Notes: generated from the letters alone by a model not told the origin. A stretch of 34,643 nt of DNA from Saprolegnia diclina VS20 (GCF_000281045.1 NW_008246074.1:858741-893383), one strand, 5' to 3'; positions 23,017 to 33,883 are shown, numbered from the stretch's first letter. Made by a program: numbers and translations.

Positions 23017-23918
23017 GGTTCTTTCAAAATGATCCTCGACGAGCGGCCAAGATCCGCGTTGCCATGGAGTCCTTCGAATCGAAGGTCAAGCCGAAGCAAA
23101 TCTTCGAAGGGAGCATACAAAACGCAAGTGAAATCGGTCCAAACTTCGATTTTGGCCACAAGGCAACTTGAAGCTGGCGCTAAATATTACAAATTCGCCG
23201 CCGATTTGTATAAACGTTTACAAACCAGACGTTGGCTGGCTAATCACCCGACGCGCAGTCGCATGGCGCCACCGAGCACGACAATGCCATTGCCCGGAGC
23301 TCCTCATCGTGGGGATGGCGTTGATGGACGGTACACCGCGTACTACTACACATGTAGTATACTGACCGTCGGATACTACGAGCGCTCCCATACAAGGGTC
23401 CGTAACAAGGGTGTAGTACAATGCACTGACGGGCAAAGTGGCTCGGTCGGAAAGTGCGTTGACATTGCACTTTGACAGACTTTGACAGGATATGACTTAT
23501 GCAGATTGGGCGCTCCTTTGGTGGCCTGCCGCAACCGACGGCTTGGTGGTTGAACTGCAGTGGCATGTGTAGTGATCCAGAAAACGAATCTTTGCCAGTA
23601 ATTTTCGGCATTACTCTTGGCCGCTTCTTGTCAGAGAGGTTGCAACAAGAGCCGTCTCTCTCGAGCTCGAGGAGCTAGCTCAAGGCGAACCTTGGACCGT
23701 TGACAGAACACCGGCGCGGTAGGGCGATTGCCCTGCAGGTCCTCCGGAAGAATCCGACGTCGCGTCGGGCAAAACGAGCCGCAACGTCGCAACGCGTTGG
23801 CTATGAGAGACGGTGGCGGGTGCTCGAGCTTCGACACGAACCGATACACGTGCTGGCCCACGCGGGCTCCACGTCATAAAGCCGAAAATAGACATTTGTT
23901 TACGTGCTTGGACGACGC

Positions 23919-24765
23919 ATGCTGGGCCTCGTGCTCTTCCTCCTCTTGCTGCTGCCATGGTCGTCGGGCCAGCACCTCGGGAGTCCGCTGCGCTACGTCT
24001 CGGACGAGTGCGAGGCGCTCAAGGTACGTCCCTGCTTCGTCTTGATCGAGACAAGTATTTTGAGTGTAGCAAAGCTTGGATGTGATGGCAATCAACGGCG
24101 ACCAGCTCGCCAACGGCGTCGTGGGCGGCCACGTCGTCGAGTCGGACTGCACGAAGCTGCGCACGCTCAACGTGCTCGACCACCGCGACGACAACGACCA
24201 GAACCTGCTCTGCGGCAACTCGTGCTTCAACGCGACCGCGGCCACGTACGCGGCCATGCTCAACAACGACTGCTTCCATGGCGACGACGAGTTCGAGGTG
24301 GCCAACCAGCGCCTCTATGCAGCGAGCTTTCAGTTTGCCTGTCAGCGCTACGCGCCGTACAAGTACTGCGGTACACCACGATCCAAATTGTCCTGGCGTG
24401 AATGACGCGTCTAGTGGCACTGCTTGGCGACACGGTCGCGTCCGCGGGCGGCAGCTACGACCTCTGCAAGGACATTGTCAAGCCGCTCGAATGCTGCTAC
24501 GAGAGCTATCGACGCTACATGCTCTTTGGCACCAACACGTCGGTGACCGAGATGAACTACATTTCGAAAAAGTGCGCCGACGTCGTCACCGACGCGTGTG
24601 CGTGTCATCTCAACGTCTACGCGGCCAACGTCACAAACACATATGTCTGCAGTGCGGGTACGACCGGCACGATCGTCGTGACGACCGTAAACCCTCTGCG
24701 TAGGGGGCCGTGCCAACGTCGCAATGCTCCTCCTCCTTTGGCTCACAAGTTTGCTGCTGCCATGA
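23919..24765 (+). CDS. Small cysteine-rich secreted protein with a probable C-terminal GPI-anchor signal, ~236 aa, function unknown
   Basis: Signal peptide MLGLVLFLLLLLPWSSG. Introns 24024-24069, 24371-24414 and 24658-24703 give a continuous frame with 14 Cys and N-glycosylation sequons (NAT, NTS, NVT), ending CSAGGRANVAMLLLLWLTSLLLP*. Confidence 0.75.
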
Positions 24766-24792
24766 GCATAAAAAAGCTTCGGTAAATGCCTC

Positions 24793-25730
24793 CTACTGAG
24801 TCGTCGAGTCGTGGACGTGTGCGACAAAGTCGTCAATGAGGACGGGCCATGCGCTGTTCTCGTCGTAGTTGGACAGGTCGGGCTTGACGTGCAGCGCAAA
24901 TTCCAGCGTCTGCGTCCACACGTCTTTGGACACAGCGTTCTTGTGGTGCTCCTAACACAGACACAGATAGGATAGAGACGAAATACGGAGCAGCTACCGT
25001 CACGTAGGCCAGCCATTGAGGCAGCAACGCAAACCGCTTGGGCAAGAGCAGCTCCCAGAGCGCGAGTGCAGTCTCGACACCGAGGCTCTTCTGGTCCTTC
25101 TCTTTGGCAAAGCCGTATGTAAACTACGTAAGTCAGCGTCGTAGAGGATGGAGATAGCGTCGTACCGCATAGATCTGGGCAAAGAACGCCTCGTCTGTCG
25201 AGAGCTTCTTGGCCATCTCGGGCATATTGGCCTTGAGGTCGTCGATCGAATGGCACCCGAGCGCCTTCAAACCCGTGACAAACTCGTCTTTGGAATACTC
25301 GCCCATCGACTGCGCCGCCATGTGGAACGAGAGCGCGAGCATGACGGGCTCCTGCGCGTCAACGCCAATGTGTTCGCAGAGCGCGAGGATCCCGTCCTCC
25401 GAGATGTAGCCCGCGTTCTCCTGGTCCTCGTAAGCGTGGAAGAGCGTCGTGAGCTCGGCTGTCCAGCCATCGCCCGTTGCCGTCTTTGCGCGCTTGTTGC
25501 TACTATGGTTACTGTGGCCATTGGTCGGCGTCTCGTCCAGCGGTCGCTTGGTCGGTGCAGCCGTCGTCGCCCGTGCCACCAAGATGCGCTCGACCATCTC
25601 GGCCTTCTTGCCCGTCGTCCGCAGACCTACATGGCGCCATGAGCCTGGCGCATGGAGGAAGCATGGTACCCAGGCGGCGACACTCGTCGACCAGCTCCTT
25701 GGCCTTCAACCGCATCAGCTGCGCGCTCAT
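24793..25730 (-). CDS. DCN1-like protein (defective in cullin neddylation, PONY domain) with N-terminal SAP domain, ~268 aa
   Basis: Introns 25627-25669, 25124-25165 and 24952-24997. SAP motif LKAKELVDECRRLGLRTTGKKAEMVERIL. PONY domain ISEDGILALCEHIGV..MGEYSKDEFVTGL..FTYGFAKEKDQKSL..ALWELLL..VSKDVW..NYDENSAWPVLIDDFV. Confidence 0.88.
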
Positions 25731-25828
25731 CGTCGACTCGAATTGGACGGTCGGGCCCAAAATGCAACCACGGCGCTGCGTTGGGATTGGCGCCACGCCA
25801 TTGGCTCATCTCCGCGCTTTATGCCGTA

Positions 25829-26661
25829 TTTTAGCCAATCCGTGATGCCGGTACCGCGACACTCCGTGCGTGGCCTGTCCCCCCACCGAAGTGCTTGGCG
25901 GGGACCAAGGTGGCTACGACAGCGCGTTCTGAGTAGACGAACAAGTGCAGTCGGCAGCAGCGTCACGGGCGATCTCGACCTCGCTTGGCGCCAGCGGGAC
26001 CATGGCGCCAAAAAAATCGTGGCCTTTTTGTCCAATCCCAGCGTTGATCCGTTGGCGAGTTCAACCCGAGCGCCTCGGGCACGTGCGTCGACGGCGAGCA
26101 CTTGCGCATTTGTCTTGAACGTGTAGACCGATACATCTACTAGGACCGTCTACTAGTGCTCAACCGAGGTCGAGTCGAAGCAACGTGAGGACAAGGTGGC
26201 AGCAAATAATACCTAGACATGGCGGCGAAGGCGTCGTTCTAGGTGCTTGTAGCCAAGGGCTAGATGTGTCCAGTCGGTCACGCTTGGCCGCCACAAGACA
26301 TTATGACCAATCATGTGGCTTGCGGTCCACATACAAATAACGCTGGGAAATCTTGGCGCCAAAATAGAGTCGACGCGCTGCCCAGATGGTCCCGCCTCGC
26401 TATGGACTTGTGCGTGGCGTCCGGTCGCCACGGTCGGTGCTGCGCTAGTATATAGAGATACGACGCTAAGTAGGGCCACGTGAAGGACTGCGATTGGGCT
26501 TGGACGCCGCGTGGATGCGATTCCGTGCGAGCTGCTGCGTTTCGACAAGTCGAAGATCGCAAGGCTTTGGCGGCTTTGGCAACAGTTCATCACGGATGGT
26601 GCTATTCAATGTCCTGGGATTGGTCGAAATGCATGCATTTTACTCCATTTTAGCCAATCAT
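25829..26661. promoter_or_regulatory. Extended CCAAT boxes in the divergent DCN1/PZP-gene promoter
   Basis: TTTTAGCCAATC occurs exactly at 25829-25840 and 26648-26659; TTTTGTCCAATC occurs at 26026-26037. Confidence 0.65.
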
Positions 26662-26732
26662 GTGGCGAGGATTTCGAACATTCCAACGTCGTTCGTGGCC
26701 GCCATACAAACGCCTAGTGTAAGGAACATACC

Positions 26733-29700
26733 ATGTCGGCCCTTGCGAGTCCCGCCACGGACCTCGCCGCCGGGGACGCGATGATGGACGCCGTGCTCAT
26801 CATCCCGAACCGCGTCTGCATGGTCTGCTTCGACGCGCGCTCGAGCGCTGGCAACGCGCTCTTGTGCTGTAACGTCCCGAGCTGCCACACGCGCGTGCAC
26901 GAGGCGTGCTACGCTGGCGAGGCCAAGACGCTGGCACCGAGCGCGGTCCGAGCGCAATGGTCCTGCGACGTCTGCACGCTCGAGAAGGCGCGCAACGAGC
27001 TCACGCCCAACGCTGCCCGCGTCTGCGTCGTCTGCAAGCATTCTGGCGGCGCGCTCAAGCCGACGACGCAGGCGCACGCGTTGTGCCACTTGGTCTGTAC
27101 GCGCTGGCTGCCCGAGCTCAAGCAGGTGGCGTCCGAGGCCCACCCGAGCGCGGTTGTCGTCGATACCAAGCTCCTCTACGCCACGCGCAACAACCTCAAG
27201 TGCTTCCTCTGCAACAAGCGGGGCGGCTGCATGCAGTGCTCGAGCAAGCGCTGCCCCAAGTCGTTCCATGCCCTATGCGCCGTGCGCGCGCCGGCGAGCA
27301 AGGTCTTTACGGGTCTCAACGACGAGCAGCAACCCGTGTGCCACTGCGCGATGCACCTTGGCGACGTCCAGCCGACGTTCACGCTTGTCAAGGACTTGCA
27401 TTTTGGGAACCCCTACGTCGGCGACAAGATGTACGAGCCCGATGCGCCCTTCGAGGCTCTCGAGGCGGCGCCGACGGCCAGTGATGCACCCGCGACGCTC
27501 GTGTCAGCTGCAGCGCTCATGCCTTTCTTCAACCTGCCACTGAGCGCGCCGCCGGCCAAAAAGGTCGGGCGGCCCCGCAAGGACGACTACCAGCCCAAGC
27601 CGAGCCCAGTCCACGTGACAATGCCGATTCCAAGACCTGACATGCCTCGACTGCCGCCGGCACCACCCGCGCCGGCAGGGCTGGGCATGCTGCCGACGTC
27701 GCGGCCAGCGCCGCCCCCACCGGGGCTGGGGATGCTTCCGCCGCGTCCGCAGATCATGACAGACGTCATCCCGTGTCCGCTCTGCAAAGAAGTCGTGTTG
27801 CGGACGAATTTAGCGCAGCACATGACGACGTCGTGCAAGAAGCAGGTCGCGACGGCGTCGGCGCCCAAGCCAACACCGACCAAAAGCAAGGCCGGAAAGG
27901 CCATGCCGCCGCATTCAACGACACCGACGGGTGGCAAGGCGGCAGCAACAGCTGTAGGCAAGGTGACGCCGACGGCGGGCAAGGCGACACCGACGGGCAA
28001 AGCGGCCAAGGCAGCCGAAGGTCCCAAGAAGCCCCGCGGGCGTCCACCCAAGAAGAAGCCCGAGCTATCGATCGCCATGCCACTCGAGCCGAGTCGACCG
28101 CCGATGTCGATGTCGATGCCACCGACGCCGTTGCCACCGTCGACGACGACACATGTGCCCGTGGTCATCAAGAAGCATGCGACGACGTCGTTGTTTCCGC
28201 TTTCGCTGGGCCAAGCGTCCGTGGATCCGGTCGGCGACCTTGCGATCGCGTCGTTGCATGCAACCATGCCGTCGGACAACCTCTTTATGACGTGGCCCGG
28301 CCAGCAGTTTGGCCATCTGATGCAGTCGGCGTTCTTCTGGGACCAAGTGTCAGTCGCATTCTTCTCGAAGTACCCGATGCAGAAGAAGCGCCTCGAGCCG
28401 CTCGCGCACTGGCTCACGGGCGCCAAGCCCGACGGCATTGAAAAGCCTCGGGGCGCGTACGACAAGCCGCGGTGCGCCGACACGGTCGTGGTCACGTCAT
28501 CCGACGACTGGATGGTGCAAACCGGCATGCAGCACACGTGCGATTACATGCTGCTCGCGAGCGGCGCGCAGTGTGCATTCAACCAAGACGTCCACCCGTT
28601 CCTGCACGTGCACTCGGTCGCGCCGTCGCCGTCCAACGACGGCACGTCGCATATTGCGGTCAACCTCGTCGTGCACTCGACTGCGGTGCGGTGCACGTTT
28701 GCACTCTCGCAGACCGAGCCGCCGGCCGATACGGACGTGGCCTGGACGCGGTTTAAGCCCGATGCGTTTCACGATCTCTTGACGAACGCGACGCCGGCGT
28801 ATCCGCGCGGCCATAAGCTCTGGGTGGCGCTCCTCGGGCTCGAACCGCTCACCAATGTGCTCATCAAGCAGCAGTACGGCGAGAGCGCAGCGTTCACCGG
28901 CAGCCAAGTGCAGGACGACATGACGCTCGAGATGCAACTGTGCGTCGACTTGCTCAACGAGCAAATGAAGACGAACCGCGTGCGGTGGCGGTCGCTCTGG
29001 GCCAAAGGCACGCAGTACATGCAAGCGCAAGAGACCCAGTTGGCGGCGCAGGGCCATGTCGAGCGACTCTACCACGAATATGCGTGGTGGAAAGCGGTGT
29101 GTCTCTGCGTCATCAAGGGCACAAAGGACCTGCCGTTTCTGCCCGAGTCGGACGACACGCGTCTCCAGCCGTTTGAGGACGGCACGTGCGTCATCTGCTT
29201 TGATGGCATCTCGGAGGACGGGAACCCGATCATCTTTTGCGAAGCCTGCGACATTGCCGTGCACCAGCGCTGCTACGGCATCGCCGAGATCCCAAAGACG
29301 GACTTTTACTGCGACAAGTGCATTGCGCTGCGCAAACTGCCGTCGGCGCCGGTGTTTTGCCAGCTGTGCCCGATGCGCGACGGCGCGCTCAAGATGACGA
29401 AAGAAGGTCTCTGGGTCCATGTGGCCTGTGCGCTCTGGAGCCCCAACACGCAGCTCGTGCACATTCCGCGCATGCTGCTCCAACTGTCGATGCAGCCCCA
29501 CGTGCGATTTGCAAATTTCGACACGGCAACGGCGATGACGTCGCCGCTGGCCGACGTCGCCGATCTCCCGCCGCCGCTGCTTGCCGGTGGTCTCTGCACG
29601 ATCTGTCGCGTCGCGACCGGACGCACGGTGCGCTGCCGCCACCCCGACTGCGGGACGTCGATGCACCCGCTCTGCGCCTGGTACGCCGGCTGGCACATGC

Positions 29701-31154
29701 ACGCGTCCGTGGCCGCGTGCGGCTACGTCCACGTCGGTGGCGGCCAAGGTCTTGTCTTCAACGTCTACTGCGACGCCCACCAACCGTCGTCGCTCGCGTG
29801 TGCCGACCGGTCGCTTCAGCGCGATGCGCGTGCCGCGCTTCGGCTCGTTGAGGCCACCAAGCGAGCGCAGTTGCGACTCCTCGCGAGCGACGAAGATGCG
29901 ACGTGCGCCGTCTGCAAGAAGACGAAATCGCACGAGTTGTCGTCGCCGTCGTCGGTGCTGCTGCGCTGCCGCCTCTGCAGCGTCATTGTGCACCCGAGTT
30001 GCTGCGCCCCGGCGGTCGCGATCGACCATATTACCAACGACTGGGCGTGCGAAAAGTGTGCCGTCGATCCGACGGCCGCATCGGCGCCCTGTGTCCTCTG
30101 CGACCGCGTTGGCGACTACATGCTGCCGGTGCGCCCGTTGGCGTCGACCGGTGCTGCACTGCACTACGGCTTTGTGCATCTGTTTTGCGCCAATGTGTTT
30201 CACAGTCGCATTGTGACGGACCCGGCGACGGGCACCCGGCATGCACTGCCACTGCACCCGGTGGAGCCGCCGCTTACCAAGTGCTGTTCGCTCTGCCAGC
30301 AACGCTCGGTACGTGCGTGCTCCATGAAAGAAGAGGACAGCCAACGCGAATGGTGTAGGGCCGCCTCGTGAGCTGTAGCAAGAAGCAGTGCCAAGCCGTG
30401 TTCCACCCGTACTGCCACCACGAAGCGCGCTTGTACAACTACAAGCCCGGTACCAAGACGGAGCGCGCGTACTGTTGCAAGCTCCACCCGCCGAGCCATG
30501 CCGTCTTTGACGAAGCTCGCGGCCTTTGGATCACCAAGCAAGAGATCATGGCGCTGCAGCAGATCCGGTGCACGTACGAGCGCACGCGGATGTTCATCGA
30601 CTTGGCCAAGCAGCGCGAGAAGACCAAGAAGCGCCTCTTTCTCCATGTCGAGGCGGCGGCGTTTGAAAAAGGTGCGAGCCGACAAGGGGTCACTTCACCG
30701 ACGTTCTATGCGCGTAGCCAAGGAGGTGGTCGCGGTCGTCAAGCCGACGCGCACGATGAAGGCGTTTTATGCGTCCGTCACGGGCGACGACGACCTGCGG
30801 GACGTGACCCGGCGCAAGCCAAAGGAAGTGGTCGCGACCACACCGAGCAAGCCGCTGCAACGGGGCAAGAAGCGCGGCTCGGAGACGCGCCAAGAGCTCT
30901 GGCTCAAGAAGCTTGGCGCCACGGACGAGTCGATCGTCGCCAAGCGACCCCGCCGTCGCAGCGTTGACGACGACGCGAACGACGAGACGACGAGCACGCA
31001 AGCCGACGCGCACGCAATGAACGAGGCGGACGAGCAACCACACACCAAGCAACACGACGCGATCGCTACGTGGTGGCACCGTGCACTCGAAGCACTGCCA
31101 GCGCAAGAAGAAGATCTGGATGACGTCATGGCCACGCTCGTGGACGACGTGTAG
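26733..31154 (+). CDS. Multi-PHD-finger chromatin protein, BRPF/JADE/Nto1-like histone-acetyltransferase scaffold, ~1441 aa (alternative start 26781)
   Basis: Three PHD-Zn knuckle-PHD modules, for example CVICFDGISEDGNPIIFCEACDIAVHQRCYGI..C.LCP.RDGALK.T..G.WVHVACALW. Two AT-hook-like motifs (VGRPRK, PRGRPP), a C2HC finger, and a BRPF/JADE-type helix LQQIRCTYERTRMFIDLAKQREKTK. Introns 30309-30358 and 30672-30717. Confidence 0.82.
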
Positions 31155-31539
31155 GTGTCATCTTGCCTGTTTTGGACTTTACAACAATACTACATAATTT
31201 GGCGTCGAGTGCAGCTAGGGTTGGGGGAGCCTCGCGCTGCTTTGGAGAGAGGACGCGTCGTACCCAGTGTGACTGTTGCATAGGTCGCTAACTCTATATA
31301 TCGTACGCATAGTAAGTCTAATGAGGTATGACATGCTGTCGTGGCTGTCATGCAACTGCGTCGACCACCGCAGCACGCAGGCCGTACACCGCAATGTATA
31401 TAGGACAGGTGTATGTAGTAGGAGGCACGAGTAGCAACTATCTTGAACGACTCTACCTGTACTAACTAACTAACGAACTGTAACCTGCCAGAAAGGACAC
31501 GTCAACGCGTCGAGTCTGCCGAAGGGAACTTCTGGGAAG

Positions 31540-31573
31540 TGACGTGGCAAGAGCACGGAGTGATGACGTCATC
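31540..31573. promoter_or_regulatory. Paired ACGT-core (bZIP-type) elements upstream of the P450
   Basis: TGACGTGGCA (31540-31549) and the perfect 12-bp palindrome GATGACGTCATC (31562-31573, CRE core TGACGTCA), followed by TTGATTGGAC (CCAAT box) at ~31580. Confidence 0.45.
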
Positions 31574-31619
31574 TGGTCGTTGATTGGACCGATCCATGGT
31601 TGTCAGCAAGTTGCTTCGT

Positions 31620-33492
31620 ATGGCCGACGTCGTTGCAGCGACTGTCGCTGCGCTCACCGGCGGCCTCGCGCTGGTCGGCGTCCGCTTTCTCCGACGCGGC
31701 CAGGCGCTTCGGGCGCTGCCAGGGCCCCGCAGCACGAGCGTCGTCTACGGGAACGCGTACGGTCTCGAAGCGCTGGTCACTTGACTCAGCGTCTTTTGCA
31801 GGCGCGAGTTTGGCAAGACGCGCTGGCACGACGGCCAGCGCTTCCCGGCGCCATTTGTCTCGTGGTATAGTCCTCGGTCCACCACTGTCGACGTTTCAAC
31901 AGATGTCGTAGGCAAAACGACTTTGGCGGCGCGTTTCACTACCGGGTGTTCTGGCACCACCGCGTCAATCTCAGCGATCCAACGTCGCTCCAGCATGTGT
32001 TTGTGGTCAACGCGGCCAACTACCCCCGCGCCAGCATTCCGCGGGCGCTCTTTCAAGTACGATGCTTCCCCTTGTGTGTTGAGTGCTGCATATTTTGTTG
32101 GGCTAGAATTTGCTTGGTGGCGACGGTCTCCTGAGCTCGGAAGACCCGGCGCACGCGGCGCAACGCAAGCGCCTCAACCCTCACTTTGCTCAGTCGATCT
32201 TCAAAGGGTACATTCCAGTGTTTGCGGGCGAGACCGAGACGCTCGCCTCGACGCTGGGCACGCTAACCGGACCAGTGTCGGTTCCGGACTGTACGTTCTG
32301 TCTCGCGTAGGAGGTGCGAGCTTTGTGTGTAGTGATGACGCGCCTGACGCTCAACATCATTGGCAAAACCGCGTTCGGCTATGACTTTGAAACGCTCGAC
32401 CCGACAAACAAACGGGCAGCGATCGCTCTCGAGGCCTTTGAGAAGCTCAACACGCCACCGCGCTTCCTCTACACGCTCGGCCTGACGCTATTACCCGGGT
32501 TCCAACACTGGCCGCTACCCTACTTGCGGCAGATCCAAACCGCCAAGTCGACGCTCTTTCGCATCGTCGATGACGTGATTGCACACAAGGTGGCGTCACC
32601 GGCGCCGGCCCGCGACCTTCTCGACCTCTTGCTGGCCGACGCGGCGATGACGCCCACCGAAGCCCGGGTGCACGTCATGACGTTTATGTTTGCGGGCCAC
32701 GAGACGACGAGCAACACGCTCTCCTGGGTGTTGGCGATGCTGGCGACGCACCCTGCTGTCGAAGCCGCGGTCGTCGACGAGTGCCGTCGCGCCTTGGCCA
32801 ACGCCGGCGGTGCCGTGTCGTGGCAGACGCTAAGCGACCTCCCTCTGCTCACAGCGACGATCTATGAGACTCTGCGTCTGTACCCGACGGCTCCATTCAT
32901 CACGACCCGTCATTGCGTTGCCGATGATTCGATTCCGCGCACGGACGATGCTCCGTTCTTCATGCCCGCGGTAGTTGAGTGCTTTTGCTGCAAAGCACGG
33001 ACGCAGTCGAGAGGTGTGTAGGGAGCGCACGTGTCGTTTAGCGTCGGCGCCATCCACCGGAATCCACGATACTGGACCAACCCTGATGCGTTTGTGCCCC
33101 GTACGTTCTCGCGGTTGTTGCTTGTGACCTGAGACGCAATATGCGTGTGCCTCTAGAGCGATTTCTGGACGACTCGACGGAAGCTCTCGCCGACAAGGCG
33201 CTCCGAAACGGCAAGGGCAATACGTTCACGTACATGCCGTTCAGTGCCGGTAGGATCCTGTCCGAGCTGCCGCACGTGTGAGCGGATCGTAGGCGCCAAG
33301 AACTGCATCGGGAAGCGCTTTGCCATTGCTGAGATGCAGACTGTGCTCCTCCAGTTGCTTCCCAAGTATGCTTTCACATTGGCGACCGATGCCAACCTTC
33401 ACCCGAAACTGACGGGCGTCACGATCAAGCCGAGCAACTTGGTGATGCACATATCGCGTCGCGCGCCATCTTGTGCCGCAACTCTGTTCTGA
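31620..33492 (+). CDS. Cytochrome P450 monooxygenase, ~512 aa, 8 exons (alternative start 31596)
   Basis: N-terminal anchor plus LPGP, C-helix HAAQRKRLNPHF, I-helix FAGHETTS, K-helix ETLR, PQRF (PERF variant) and heme motif FSAGAKNCIG. Introns 31757-31801, 31865-31911, 32057-32106, 32291-32332, 32971-33021, 33101-33156 and 33250-33292. Confidence 0.93.
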
Positions 33493-33692
33493 GCGTGCCA
33501 GCATTGCGCGCCTTTTCGCTGAGGAAAGATCTCCGACACCAGTCAACGAACCCGTCGCAATGGATATGTCATCGTGACATGTCGACTTAAAGACTCGAAA
33601 TTGGCTGGTCGATGCTTGGTGCGCATGGGGCAGTGAACACTCCGACTAGAAAGTGGGCGACATACTCGTTAGAGACACGCAACATACGCTAA

Positions 33693-33837
33693 AGCGCAGC
33701 ATATCATCGCAAAGCTCCGCACACGGTGCGATCCAAAGCAGTGCGCGAGCTTGAAGCGGTCCATCGGGCCGACGCACGTGGCCTATTGGGGGCAGTCTCC
33801 GTGGCTTCGTCGATACAAAAGTCGTAGTTCGCTGCCG
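33693..33837 (+). repeat. Direct repeat copy 1 (145 bp; 5'-truncated duplicate of part of the ORF starting at 34311)
   Basis: Matches 34499-34643 at offset 806 with 3 mismatches that I could see. The match runs to the end of the window. Confidence 0.92.
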
Positions 33838-33883
33838 TACGAGATAGCAACTTTTGCAGTGTCCTTAGTTGTCGACGCCCACC

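Noticed and set aside
21691..23475. 594-aa + strand ORF antisense to HGD
   Set aside because: Same antisense-shadow effect; V/R/G-rich sequence with no domain.
28497..30344. 615-aa - strand ORF antisense to the PZP gene, and similar shadow ORFs over dynein and exportin-T
   Set aside because: Antisense or off-frame shadows of GC-rich coding sequence.
31461..31474. (ACTA)n run
   Set aside because: Only about three units; not a telomeric or meaningful satellite repeat.
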